Below are positions 37,705-47,605 of a stretch of 64,000 bases of DNA, piece by piece; positions within the stretch are counted from its first letter, which is position 1, and each line of letters begins with the position of its first letter. The translations under genes and the position numbers were made by a program. This DNA is from Candidatus Undinarchaeales archaeon (GTDB taxonomy: Archaea; SpSt-1190; JASMDC01). The notes under the pieces are model-generated. The model searched no databases, was not told the DNA's origin, and was given only the letters and a program-made list of their open reading frames with translations. The stretch spans positions 128,001 to 192,000 of the forward strand of contig JASMDC010000001.1 of assembly GCA_030753015.1 (NCBI GenBank), read 5' to 3'.

Positions 37705-38020
37705 ATTATGACTGTTGATGACAGGGATTTTAAAACCTTTCGACTTAGAGGGCATACGTCCTTTTTTTGATAAATTTTATTAAGAGATTTAGTTACAACA
37801 TGTAAGAAATACGCCGAAATGCTTAGACCTGAATAGTATTTCCGTTTCTTTACATGTGAGTGAAAAAAGGAAGGTTAATGCAACCTTATGATGTTAAGTT
37901 CGCATCTTGCGAGATGTGGGTATGCGACGGGATGTGGCGTGGGGATGCATTTTTTTATGAGCGCCATCGAGGAAATGAATTTAAATGGTCCCCGATGGGT
38001 CTAGAATACCTGTCAGGTGA

Positions 38021-41000
38021 ATGAACATGGTAGAGCTATCTAAATCATCGGTCATCCAAATGGTCGCCGTCCTGTCCGTGATCTTGATGCACACAGGGCT
38101 TGCCGCCCTCACGACCACGAGCTCCCAGATGGAGGAGAACTTCTTTTTCGACTTCTCTGAGAACACCAAGGTCGAAGGGACCGGTGACGTCTACTTCAAC
38201 TATATGGGGACCTTCATGAACTCGTCAATCATCGACATGGGCGCGGTAACTCTGGACTCGGTGACCGAGGCACCTGACACGGGGTACACCGACAGCGCTA
38301 CCATCGCTGACGGTCATGTGTATGTCGTCCGCACTGCCGAGGACAACTACGTGAAGTTCCTGATCCATACGACCGATATGGTCTACATGCTCGATGTCGA
38401 GTTCGTCCTCCAGGACGACGGGAGCAGGACGCTGGTGGCGACCGCCGAGCCTACGGCCGAGCCGACAGCTGAACCGACGGCCGAACCTACACCTGAGCCA
38501 ACCCTCGAGGTGAAGGCCGCATCGAAGGAGGAGAAGCTCCGTATCAACAAGAACGAGCCCGTGACCTTCTGCGGCGTCAACGTCACCTTCACCGGGACCG
38601 CTCCGGGGACCGCCCGGGCGGAGTTCTCCGTGCTCGACGCTGAAGGTCAGAGCGACATGTTCTTGGCGGACTACGACTCGGTCCGCTCGTCCGGCCTCGA
38701 GGAACGGTTCGAGGTCGGGGAGATCGTGCTCGTTGTACGCAAGGACTGCATGAACTTCCCTTCATCTGTCGATATCTACGTGAACCAGTCGGGCACGTGC
38801 AGGAAGGAAGAGCTCACCGAGAAGTACAGCGACCTTACCGAGCTCACCTTCAGGACCTCGACCATCAAGCATCATGAGGGTTCCGGTACCGGGGAGGCCT
38901 TCATATTCAGGAAGGGCGTTGTGTACGAGTCATGGTTCCCCGAGGTCGATGGGCTGACAGCGGACTTCAACTTCAACGGCACCCATATCCGCATCGGTGG
39001 TATCAACGGCGTGCTCGCACAAGAGGACGACTTCGACTCAGTGGGCATCGCCACGCCGTCAGGCTACCCGTGGGAGAACGTCCCCACGACGGCAGGTGCC
39101 GTTTACATATTCCAGACCGCTGACAAGAAGTACGCGAAGCTCGTGGTCAAGGAAGTATCGAACGAATCGATGACCTTCAAGTGGGCCTACCAGCCCGATG
39201 GCTCGGGGTACTTCTTCGATGTCCCTGATACTGATGACATCCTCGTTGGACAGGATCCCGAGGACGGTGCAGTGAACGTCTCGTACGCTCTCACAAGAGC
39301 ACAGCTAATCCTCAACAGGACCTTCTTCGACATGTACATGGGCCTGATGGGCAACAACACCGTCATGGCCAGCCACTTCATGAACCTCACGGCGACCATC
39401 CTCGAGGACGGTGTCGAGGTCCAAGTGCTCCACGACGTCGACTTCGAGAACGGTACCATCATAGTCGATCTGACGCAGAGGCTCGATCCCGAGCAGGAGG
39501 TCGAACTCCACGTCACGGGATTCCAGGACTCGTGGGACAACACCCTCCTCGACTACCGATGGGGTTTCACCACCGCCGAGAAGGAGAAGGTGGCGCTCAC
39601 ATGGCTCGAGCTCGGGACCGCTGTCACGGCGACAGCCGAGCCCGGGAAGATGTCATGGTACGGGTTCAACCTCACCGTTCCCACAGAGGTGAGCATCGCC
39701 GTCGATGCCGCTACGGCAGGACCTGTGGCCGCGCTCGTGCTGGACGTGACGTCGCCGGACGCGATCGTCGAGGTGACCGCTACAGAAGAGGTCGCTCTCA
39801 CTGTGCTCATCCCCGGGACCTACCTCGTGCGGCTCGCCACCACGGCGACCGAGAGCGCTGATGTGACCCTCACCGTATCCGAGTCGGACTCCTGCCCCGA
39901 GTGCCTCACCGACGAGGCGGGTAGCACGCCCGACACGGCTGCCACCCTGGCCCTCGGCAAGGAGGAGATGGGCGTTGTCGCGTGCACAGCCCTGAGCGAT
40001 ACGTGCGATACCGACCTATTCGGGCTCATCCTCATCACCGACTCGAAGATCAGCGTTTCCTTCCACGCCAGCGATGCCCATGGCACAGGTTGGAAGTGGA
40101 CCAAGGCCACCATCGTCGATAGCGAGGGCAACGTCGTCAAGGAGATGGACTCCGGGGGGGACAAGGAGCGGGAAGAGGTGCTGGAGCTAGCGGCCGGGGC
40201 CTACGGCATCAACATCGCATCGAATCCTTCATGGAAGGGCTTCTTCCGCTACGCCCTGCGGGCCGACACTGTCGTGGCGTGCGGAGGCGTCGAATGCCCC
40301 CCTAACGCTGAGTGCATCGACGACGCCTGCCAGTGTGCGAGCGGTTTCAAGGAGTGCGACGACGCGTGCATCGCGGACGACCTCTGCTGCGCTGACGCCG
40401 ACTGCCCTGGAGGTGCATGCCTTGAGAACCGCACGTGCGAGGGTCCGGCAGTCATGCCCGAGATCCTTGCCAATGCCACCGCCAACGCGACGGCCACACC
40501 AACCCCTGAACCGACACCCGAGCCAACGCCCATGCCCACTCCCACGGTGGACGAGCACGGGCTGGAGCACTTCACGACGAAGATCGGGATCGGCCAGGTG
40601 CTCACCCTGGCACCCCTCGGCCTCATGAACGGAGAGGACGCACAACCGGGTGCGGGCGATATCGAACTGCTCCCGGGCGGCACGCTCAATGCGCGGTCGG
40701 ACAAGTCCGGACTGCTCGAGCTCAACGCGACGTCCGTGGAGGACGTCAAGGAAGTGCCCGAGACCGGATACCGACCTAACCTCACCCTGCGCAAGGGGAT
40801 GGTGCTCGCAGTGAAGACACAGAAGGGCACCTATGCCATCGGTATCATAACGACCCTGCAGCTCAATCCCTCCGTCGAGATCGAGTGGATCCACCAGCCT
40901 GACGGCTCACGGTCGGTTGCTCCGCAACCAACCCCGGAACCGCAGACGATCGTCGAGAGTGTCGTGACGACCGTGAAGGAGAAGCCCATTCAGAGCGCGG

Positions 41001-42481
41001 CAGCAGGAGCAGCCGTCGTGGCTGTCGCCGCGGGGGCCGTCCAGGTGCTCGGAGGGGGAGCTGCAGCGACCGCCGCCGCGGGCGCAGCTACAGCGGCCGG
41101 AGCGGCCACGGCAGCAGCAGGCGCCGCCGGAGCAGCAGGCGCTGCCGGAGCGGCCGGAGCAGCAGGGGCTGCAAGCGCCACGACCGCCAGCGTCACCAGC
41201 GCAATGGCAGCGGGCGCGGGCGTATCGGGCGGTGCCGCGGGCGCTGCCACGACCACGGTAGCTGGTTCGGCCGCAGCGGGAAGTGCAGCGACCACCGGGG
41301 CCGCAGCGGCAGGTAGCGCGGCCACAGGGGCCGCAGCGGCAGGTGCCAGCACTGCGACGGCCGTCGCCGCATCGACGGGCTCGGCCACGGCGGCAGCATC
41401 GGCGGTACAGTCCATCGGTGGACAGGGTATCGCCTTCCTGGCAAAGAAGAAGGCCTACGGCATGGCCATGAACAAGGTCCAGGACAAGATCAAGGACAAG
41501 ATGGTGGACAAGGGTGTCGCACACCTTGCCCAGCAGTGCGCAGCTCCTGCCCTCCTGGCGCAAGCGGAGCAGATGGAGGCCGATGACAAGCAGGACCTCG
41601 CCGAGACCTACCGCATAGCAAACCAGATACTCCTTATGTTGTACCGCTCACCGCAGACGTCCCCGGAGCTCTCCAAGGCCATGTGGGGCGGCGATGTGGA
41701 CTACGCCAAGCCCATCATCGACATGCTCATCGAGCCGCTGGGCATCCTCGACCAGGATTCCGAGACAGGCATCTACGCGATCACGCCCGAGGAGTACCAG
41801 CTCATGCACAGATGGGTTCGGGCCGCCGACCTCCAGAACGAGATATCGATCGTGCTGGACGGTCTCACCGGCGATGTCGGCCTAGGTACGATCAAGAACA
41901 TCAAGGAGACGTACCAGACGAAGTGGCGGACGCCCACGGAAGGAGAGGAAGAGGCGGCCGTGATGTTCGAGGAGCCGCCGGCCTACTTCAAGGAGGAGGA
42001 CGTGGAGAAGGCCGAGCGGGTCCAGCCGCTGATGGATCCTGTCAAGCGCCGGCTAACGAACTTCCTCGAGGAGAAGTTGGCCACCGAGCTGTCGCGGCGC
42101 AAGTTCTCGGACCTCGCCGGAGAGTGCATGCTCGGCAGCCTGTTCGCCGACCGGTACCGCTCTACGAACGCTGACATCGCCAAGCAGGTGTCCGACGGCT
42201 ACCAGCTCGTTCTGACGCTCTACAAGCAGCCTCTCACCGCGGCGGACCTCGACAAGGTCATCTGGAAGGCAGGCCACGGCAAGGCGGGAGAGTACATGCC
42301 CGGCTTCGTCGAGAAGGGCCACATAGTCGTCGACGAGATCACCGGCATCCACTCGCTGAGCCCTGACGAGTTCAGGGCCACCGAGTCCTTCCTGCGCCTC
42401 ACCGGCCTCAAGGGCGTCGTGGAACCCGTCCTGGACATGATGCTCGGGGCCAAGGACTGCCGAGGTCCTGGAGGGAGATGA
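38021..42481 (+). CDS. Giant surface protein: signal peptide, 3 copies of a 'QPDGS' beta domain, Ig/PPC-like and Cys-rich domains, Ala/Gly-rich segment, two C-terminal ~130-aa wHTH-like repeats
   Basis: 1486-aa ORF; hydrophobic N-terminus; (TAEP)n and (PT)n linkers; internal repeats aligned by eye. Confidence 0.8.
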   Translation: MNMVELSKSSVIQMVAVLSVILMHTGLAALTTTSSQMEENFFFDFSENTKVEGTGDVYFNYMGTFMNSSIIDMGAVTLDSVTEAPDTGYTDSATIADGHVYVVRTAEDNYVKFLIHTTDMVYMLDVEFVLQDDGSRTLVATAEPTAEPTAEPTAEPTPEPTLEVKAASKEEKLRINKNEPVTFCGVNVTFTGTAPGTARAEFSVLDAEGQSDMFLADYDSVRSSGLEERFEVGEIVLVVRKDCMNFPSSVDIYVNQSGTCRKEELTEKYSDLTELTFRTSTIKHHEGSGTGEAFIFRKGVVYESWFPEVDGLTADFNFNGTHIRIGGINGVLAQEDDFDSVGIATPSGYPWENVPTTAGAVYIFQTADKKYAKLVVKEVSNESMTFKWAYQPDGSGYFFDVPDTDDILVGQDPEDGAVNVSYALTRAQLILNRTFFDMYMGLMGNNTVMASHFMNLTATILEDGVEVQVLHDVDFENGTIIVDLTQRLDPEQEVELHVTGFQDSWDNTLLDYRWGFTTAEKEKVALTWLELGTAVTATAEPGKMSWYGFNLTVPTEVSIAVDAATAGPVAALVLDVTSPDAIVEVTATEEVALTVLIPGTYLVRLATTATESADVTLTVSESDSCPECLTDEAGSTPDTAATLALGKEEMGVVACTALSDTCDTDLFGLILITDSKISVSFHASDAHGTGWKWTKATIVDSEGNVVKEMDSGGDKEREEVLELAAGAYGINIASNPSWKGFFRYALRADTVVACGGVECPPNAECIDDACQCASGFKECDDACIADDLCCADADCPGGACLENRTCEGPAVMPEILANATANATATPTPEPTPEPTPMPTPTVDEHGLEHFTTKIGIGQVLTLAPLGLMNGEDAQPGAGDIELLPGGTLNARSDKSGLLELNATSVEDVKEVPETGYRPNLTLRKGMVLAVKTQKGTYAIGIITTLQLNPSVEIEWIHQPDGSRSVAPQPTPEPQTIVESVVTTVKEKPIQSAAAGAAVVAVAAGAVQVLGGGAAATAAAGAATAAGAATAAAGAAGAAGAAGAAGAAGAASATTASVTSAMAAGAGVSGGAAGAATTTVAGSAAAGSAATTGAAAAGSAATGAAAAGASTATAVAASTGSATAAASAVQSIGGQGIAFLAKKKAYGMAMNKVQDKIKDKMVDKGVAHLAQQCAAPALLAQAEQMEADDKQDLAETYRIANQILLMLYRSPQTSPELSKAMWGGDVDYAKPIIDMLIEPLGILDQDSETGIYAITPEEYQLMHRWVRAADLQNEISIVLDGLTGDVGLGTIKNIKETYQTKWRTPTEGEEEAAVMFEEPPAYFKEEDVEKAERVQPLMDPVKRRLTNFLEEKLATELSRRKFSDLAGECMLGSLFADRYRSTNADIAKQVSDGYQLVLTLYKQPLTAADLDKVIWKAGHGKAGEYMPGFVEKGHIVVDEITGIHSLSPDEFRATESFLRLTGLKGVVEPVLDMMLGAKDCRGPGGR

Positions 42482-42858
42482 GAGTTCTGGGAGCGAGGTC
42501 GAGTAATCCAATAAGAAGCCCAAGAAGAAGGAATAGGGAACGAGTGGCCACGGGTCACACAGTATCTCGGGCTTTCACCTTAACATGGTGACGTAATTTC
42601 GTTACCCGTAAGGCCATCCAGTCGATACCCTTATATGGCAACCACGCCTAAACTCTATCCTGACAGTAGCTATGGGAATATGTATGTCCCGGAGCTGCCG
42701 CCAGATGCGAGAGGTCCCGCAGGTGAGAACAGGACACCCAAAAGACCCCGGACGCACCGTGTGCGACGGGAAGAGGGAAAGCTATGGGTGGATCCAGCCA
42801 AGGACTAGACCAGGGTGGTAGAGCAAAGGAAGGACGGCGGGAAATCCCCTCCCGTGGT

Positions 42859-43320
42859 GTGCGGAAGCTTTCCTTCACGCTCCTCCTGCTCGTCCTCCTC
42901 ACCACTGCAGTGAACAACGCGCCCGTGTCCGGTTTCGGCAAGGCGCTGGACTTTGACGGAACGGACGACTTCGTGAGCGTACCGGACCACAGCAGCCTCC
43001 AGATCACCGGATCGATCACCGTCGAGGCTTGGATCAGGGCCGCTGCCTGGACGTCTGAGTCCCATGAAGGCACCATCGTCAGCAAGGAGGAGTGGCCGGA
43101 CAACGTGCGTAAGGGATACGTCCTCAGGGCGGGGGAGAACGGTAAACTCTCCTTCAGCATCGCGATCGGTGACAACTGGCCGGAGGCCGTCTCCTCCCCG
43201 ATCATGTTCACCCACACGTGGCATCACGTGGCGGGGACCTTCGACGGCACCAACATCAGGGTCTACATCGATGGTACATTACAGAACACCACCGCGGTCC
43301 GCGTTCGACAAAGCAGCTGA
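42859..43320 (+). pseudogene. Signal peptide plus LamG (concanavalin A-like) domain; N-terminal part of a disrupted gene
   Basis: RKLSFTLLLLVLLTTA; ALDFDGTDDFV, ITVEAWI, WHHVAGTFDG..IRVYIDG. Confidence 0.75.
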
Positions 43321-46300
43321 ACGAACTCATCTGGCGAAAGGGAAAAGGCAAGTGCATGCACTTCATCCGGGCACTGGCCGCGAAAGGGTACGTAGAGCGC
43401 CTTGGCTTCACGGGTTCATATCGCCTCAACGCCGATGAGGGGATGCGCGTGTCGGCCTTCCTGGCCGCTTCCGGGCTCGGGACCGTTGTCGAGCCGGTCA
43501 TCGATATGATGCTCGGTGGCCTGGAGGACGTGACACGGGAGAAGGACGTGAGAGGGGTCGAGACCGCCACGAGCCGCCCGCGCAGGAACAGGTTGTCCAT
43601 TCTGCTCGACCAGGAGCTCGTGGAGACGCTCTCACAGCGGCCGCCAGAGGGATTGATGGGCGACTGCCTGCTCTCGCGCCTCTTCCTCCAGCGGCTCCAG
43701 GTCGAGGACCCCTCCCTTGCAGATGAGCTCGTCTCAACCTACCAGCTCCTCCTCCTCCTTCAGCATGGACCGCTCCTCGCCGGGGAGGCCGACTGGCTAC
43801 TTTGGGAGGAAGGTGTCGGAAGGGGCGAGAAGTTGCTCAATGGCCTGCTGGAGCGTGGCTACCTCGACAAGGAGGCCGCCACCGGCCGCTTCTTCCTCAG
43901 CCCCGACGAAAAGGAGCATGACTCGGCCTACCTGATCCGGACCGGTCTCCTGTCCGTCATCGATCCTGTCCTCGACATGATACTCGGTGTGATCGAGAGG
44001 ACTCCCGCCGAGGTCGAACCTGTCGTCGCTCCCACGAGTGCTGCGTACCGGCACGCGCACCGTAGCTTCGCCAACGTCCTCGAGCGCGAGATCAATCGTG
44101 GTCTCGCCCGGCTCTCAGCGGAGAGCATCGAGGATAAGTGTCTGTTAGGGAGGTTGTTCACGGACCGCTCGCGGACGACGAAGGCGGAGGAGCTCCAGAA
44201 GTTCGCCGAGGTCTACCGGGGCGTCCTCGTGCTCTACCGGACCCCCGCCACCGCAGAGGAGCTCGACCGTGTCCTGTGGGACGAGGGCGAGGGGAAGGGT
44301 GCCTCCTATATGGACGCTCTCGTGGCGAAGGGCTATCTGGAGCGTCGTGGTGAGCCCGCACGGGCCTTCCTGGTACCCGATGAACGGAGGAGGACAATGG
44401 CCTACCTCCAGCGCACAGGTCTCGAGGGACGGCTCGTACCCGTGCTCGATATGATGCTCAGGCATGCGGGCGTGCGACAGCTCCCCGTCCAGATCGTGGA
44501 GGAACTGACAAAAGAGCTCCCGCGGCCCCCGACACCTCCGACACCGACAGGCGAACCTGCGCTGTCATCGCCGTCAGCCGTGCCGACGCCGCCTACGCCA
44601 CCTGCCCCTGAGGATGTACAGTTCCCGCCCTCCCGGTTCAAGCCGCCCAAGCGACTGATACCCGACAGGTTCAAGCCGCCGAAAGCGCCGGAAGAGCCGG
44701 ACAGGTTCAAACCACCGAAGGGCCGGACGCTCCCGGAGGTACCTGCTCCGATCGAGGTGATCGAACCGACAGTCGTGCCAACACCACCTACCCCACCGAC
44801 CGTGCCAACACCACCTACCCCACCGACCGTGTCGACGCCACCCACCCCGCCGACCGTGCCGACGCCACCCACCCCGCCGACCGTGCTGACGCCACCTGCC
44901 ACAGAGGAGTTTCCGTCCCCACCCACTCGGTTCAAGCCGCCCAAGCGTCCGACGCTTGACAGGTTCAAGCCGCCGAAGATGCCGAGCCAGCCGGACCAGT
45001 TCAAACCACCGAAGGGCCGGGCGCTCCAGGAGGCACTTGCTCCTGCTGAGGCTGTCGTGCCAGTGCAGGAATCCAGGGCCCGAACCCGCCTATCGCTCGA
45101 CCTCGACGAGCGGCTCTTGGCAGCGGTCCCCCGGCTCACGGGAGATGCGCTCAGCGATCCGTCCCTGGTAGCGAAGGTGCTCGCCGACGGCTCCAAGGTA
45201 ACAGATGGAGGGCTAAAGGCAACGCTATCCGAGCTTGTGCAGGTGCTGCTCCTGCTCGACCGCGGCCCCATCGCTGAGGATGACCTTGACCAAGCTGTCT
45301 GGGAGGATAGCGGCAGGGCACACATGTGTCTTTCGGCGCTGGCTGAGACAGGCCATGTAGAGCGTATGGGAAGGACGGGCCGATACGTCCTCGCGGTGGA
45401 CCAGCGACGAATGACCGGGAAGTTACTCGAGCGCACCGGCCTCAGGGATTTAGTGAATCCAGTGCTCGACGAGATGGTCAGGAGAGTACGTGAGCGGCCG
45501 CGACCGAAGGTCAAGGCACCTCCCCGGGAGACCGTGCAGAAGGAGAAGAAGGACGTCCCCCTACCCGAGAAGGTCGTGCGCGAGGTCGCCAGGCTGGTAG
45601 CGGCCAACACCTACGCCAACATAATCGAGCGCGAGCTGAACCGGGCCTTGACAAAGCTCCCATTAAAGGCCCTGAAGGGCGAATGCCTCCTATCCAAGCT
45701 GTTCCGTGAGCGGATCAGTGCCACCGATGTTGAGAGCATGTGTAAGCTGGCAGAGGTGTACCGCGTCCATCTGGTGATCTACCGGACCCCGGTCACAGCA
45801 GACCAGCTCGACCGTGTCCTCTGGGGCGAGGGGGCCGGCAAGGGCGTGTACTACCTTGAGGCGCTGAAACTGAAGGGCTACGCCGAGCGGGACGAGAACG
45901 GCCGCTATGCTATGTTGCCCGAAGAGCGAGAGGCGATCGGATCGTTCCTGGACCGCACGGGTCTCGATGAGCGGCTCGTTCCCGTTGTCGACATGATGCT
46001 CGGTCATTCCGGGATGAGGCCCGCGCCTGCTATCACTCGGCCAGCAAAGGTGGTCGCTCCACCGAAGCCACCGAGACCGAGGAAGCTCCCATCCCCACCG
46101 AAACCTCCGAGGCCGAAGGACGTTATTCCACCACCCGAGAAGAAGGTAGTCCAACCATCTAAGCCCCCACGTCCCCGTCTGCTGGAGCGCCCACCCTCTC
46201 CGCCCAAGGTCGAGAAGGTAACACCTTCTAAGGTTCTCCGTCCCCGTCTGCTGGAGCGCCCGCCCTCTCCGCCCAAGGTCGAGAAGGTGACACCCCGTCC

Positions 46301-47552
46301 CCGTCTACTGGAGCGCCCGCTCTCTCCGCCGAAGGTCGAGAAGGTGGCCCCTCCGAAGCCCCCTCCTCCCCCTCTGCTGGAGCCTCTGCCGGAACCGATC
46401 CCAGAGAAGGTCGCCTTGCCGGAGGCGACGCGTCCGCGCCTGCTGGGGCCCTTACCCCCACCGGGATCACGGGAACCCTCCGAACCCGCAATAGGTACGC
46501 TCCGCGCTCTTGCGCAGCGGTTCCTGTCCTGGGCCACACCGCCCAAGCCGCCGGCCGCACTCGAGGCGCTCAGGTCGCGCAGGCTCCCGAGACCGTCGGA
46601 GGGACCGGTCACTGTATCAAAGACAGCCCCACCGATAAAGGCCGAGCCACCCCGATCCCCGGCGCCGCCAATGGGTTCCGGGGCCCTCGAGGCCGTCCTC
46701 AAGGCAGTGCTCTTCGACCGCTCGACCAAGAGCCTTGCCGGGAACTGCCTCCTGGCCCGGATGCTCGTGGACCACAGGCGGACAAGTGGACCCGAGTCAG
46801 AGGGCAAGCTAATAGAGCTCAACCAGGTGCTGCTCGTGCTCTCCCGGGGCCCGATCACCGCAACGGACCTCGACCGTGTGCTCTGGTCCGAGGGGGCCGG
46901 CAGGGCAAGCACCTACCTCGGTGCCTTGGAAGAGGGCGGGTACGTGGAGCATCTCGGGCTGACAGGCCGATACCTCCTGGCACACAGGGAGCATGAGCGG
47001 ATGGAGGATTACCTGGACCGTACGGGACTCGGGGAGGACCTTGGGCCTGTACTCGACACCCTCCTTGCGAAGGTGAGGCCGGGACATGCCCCGGATGCAG
47101 CGTCCAAGGTAAAGGCTCGTGGGGCTGTGGCCGACCAGGGACTGAGCGACATCCTGGACACGGAGCTCGTGGAGGCCATACACCGGCGGGATCCCGACGA
47201 CCTCAGGGGCGATAGCGTACTGGCGCGAACGCTCGATGACCTGAACCGCGCCGACGATCCCCTGGCCGCACGCCGGCTCTCAGAGTTCGGGCAGGTGCTG
47301 ATGGTGCTCTCCCGGGGCCCCATCACATCAGATGACCTCGACCGCGCGCTCTGGTCGTCCGGCGCCGGCAAGGCATCATCCTATCTGGAGGAGCTGATGG
47401 GCTCAGGCCACATCGAGCGGCTCGGGGTGACGGGACGCTACATCCTCGACCTGGACGAGCAGGAGCATATCGAGGCCTATCTCAGGCGCACCGGTCTCGG
47501 CGACAAGCTGGGACCGCTCCTCGACAGGGTGGCCCGGTCCGGACCGGAGTAA
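43290..47552 (+). CDS. Tandem ~130-aa wHTH-like repeat protein (6.5 copies) with Pro-rich linkers; 5'-truncated
   Basis: Repeated L..GP.T..ELD..LW..G.GKG..YL..L...GY.ER....GRY.L...E......L.RTGL.....PVLDMML; the meaningful frame begins mid-repeat. Confidence 0.8.
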   Translation, partial: HRGPRSTKQLNELIWRKGKGKCMHFIRALAAKGYVERLGFTGSYRLNADEGMRVSAFLAASGLGTVVEPVIDMMLGGLEDVTREKDVRGVETATSRPRRNRLSILLDQELVETLSQRPPEGLMGDCLLSRLFLQRLQVEDPSLADELVSTYQLLLLLQHGPLLAGEADWLLWEEGVGRGEKLLNGLLERGYLDKEAATGRFFLSPDEKEHDSAYLIRTGLLSVIDPVLDMILGVIERTPAEVEPVVAPTSAAYRHAHRSFANVLEREINRGLARLSAESIEDKCLLGRLFTDRSRTTKAEELQKFAEVYRGVLVLYRTPATAEELDRVLWDEGEGKGASYMDALVAKGYLERRGEPARAFLVPDERRRTMAYLQRTGLEGRLVPVLDMMLRHAGVRQLPVQIVEELTKELPRPPTPPTPTGEPALSSPSAVPTPPTPPAPEDVQFPPSRFKPPKRLIPDRFKPPKAPEEPDRFKPPKGRTLPEVPAPIEVIEPTVVPTPPTPPTVPTPPTPPTVSTPPTPPTVPTPPTPPTVLTPPATEEFPSPPTRFKPPKRPTLDRFKPPKMPSQPDQFKPPKGRALQEALAPAEAVVPVQESRARTRLSLDLDERLLAAVPRLTGDALSDPSLVAKVLADGSKVTDGGLKATLSELVQVLLLLDRGPIAEDDLDQAVWEDSGRAHMCLSALAETGHVERMGRTGRYVLAVDQRRMTGKLLERTGLRDLVNPVLDEMVRRVRERPRPKVKAPPRETVQKEKKDVPLPEKVVREVARLVAANTYANIIERELNRALTKLPLKALKGECLLSKLFRERISATDVESMCKLAEVYRVHLVIYRTPVTADQLDRVLWGEGAGKGVYYLEALKLKGYAERDENGRYAMLPEEREAIGSFLDRTGLDERLVPVVDMMLGHSGMRPAPAITRPAKVVAPPKPPRPRKLPSPPKPPRPKDVIPPPEKKVVQPSKPPRPRLLERPPSPPKVEKVTPSKVLRPRLLERPPSPPKVEKVTPRPRLLERPLSPPKVEKVAPPKPPPPPLLEPLPEPIPEKVALPEATRPRLLGPLPPPGSREPSEPAIGTLRALAQRFLSWATPPKPPAALEALRSRRLPRPSEGPVTVSKTAPPIKAEPPRSPAPPMGSGALEAVLKAVLFDRSTKSLAGNCLLARMLVDHRRTSGPESEGKLIELNQVLLVLSRGPITATDLDRVLWSEGAGRASTYLGALEEGGYVEHLGLTGRYLLAHREHERMEDYLDRTGLGEDLGPVLDTLLAKVRPGHAPDAASKVKARGAVADQGLSDILDTELVEAIHRRDPDDLRGDSVLARTLDDLNRADDPLAARRLSEFGQVLMVLSRGPITSDDLDRALWSSGAGKASSYLEELMGSGHIERLGVTGRYILDLDEQEHIEAYLRRTGLGDKLGPLLDRVARSGPE
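44520..45020 (+). repeat. Coding tandem repeats (PTPPTV)n and six (R/Q)FKPPK motifs
   Basis: 18-bp unit ccgaccgtgccaacaccacctacc-like; ggttcaagccgcc repeated. Confidence 0.85.
46165..46350 (+). repeat. Coding tandem repeat RPRLLERP(P/L)SPPKVEKV x3
   Basis: cgtccccgtctgctggagcgcccaccctctccgcccaaggtcgagaagg-like unit three times. Confidence 0.85.
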
Positions 47553-47605
47553 AGCGCCCGGTCCATGGGCAATGATTTATAGCGTTTAGCCCCCGGGGCG
47601 GGTAC

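Noticed and set aside
43218-43289. Called start of the 1444-aa ORF
   Set aside because: The first residues are the wrong frame of the LamG sequence; not a credible start.
44760-44900. Regular short repeats resembling a CRISPR array
   Set aside because: In-frame 18-bp coding repeats with no unique spacers; no cas genes in the window.
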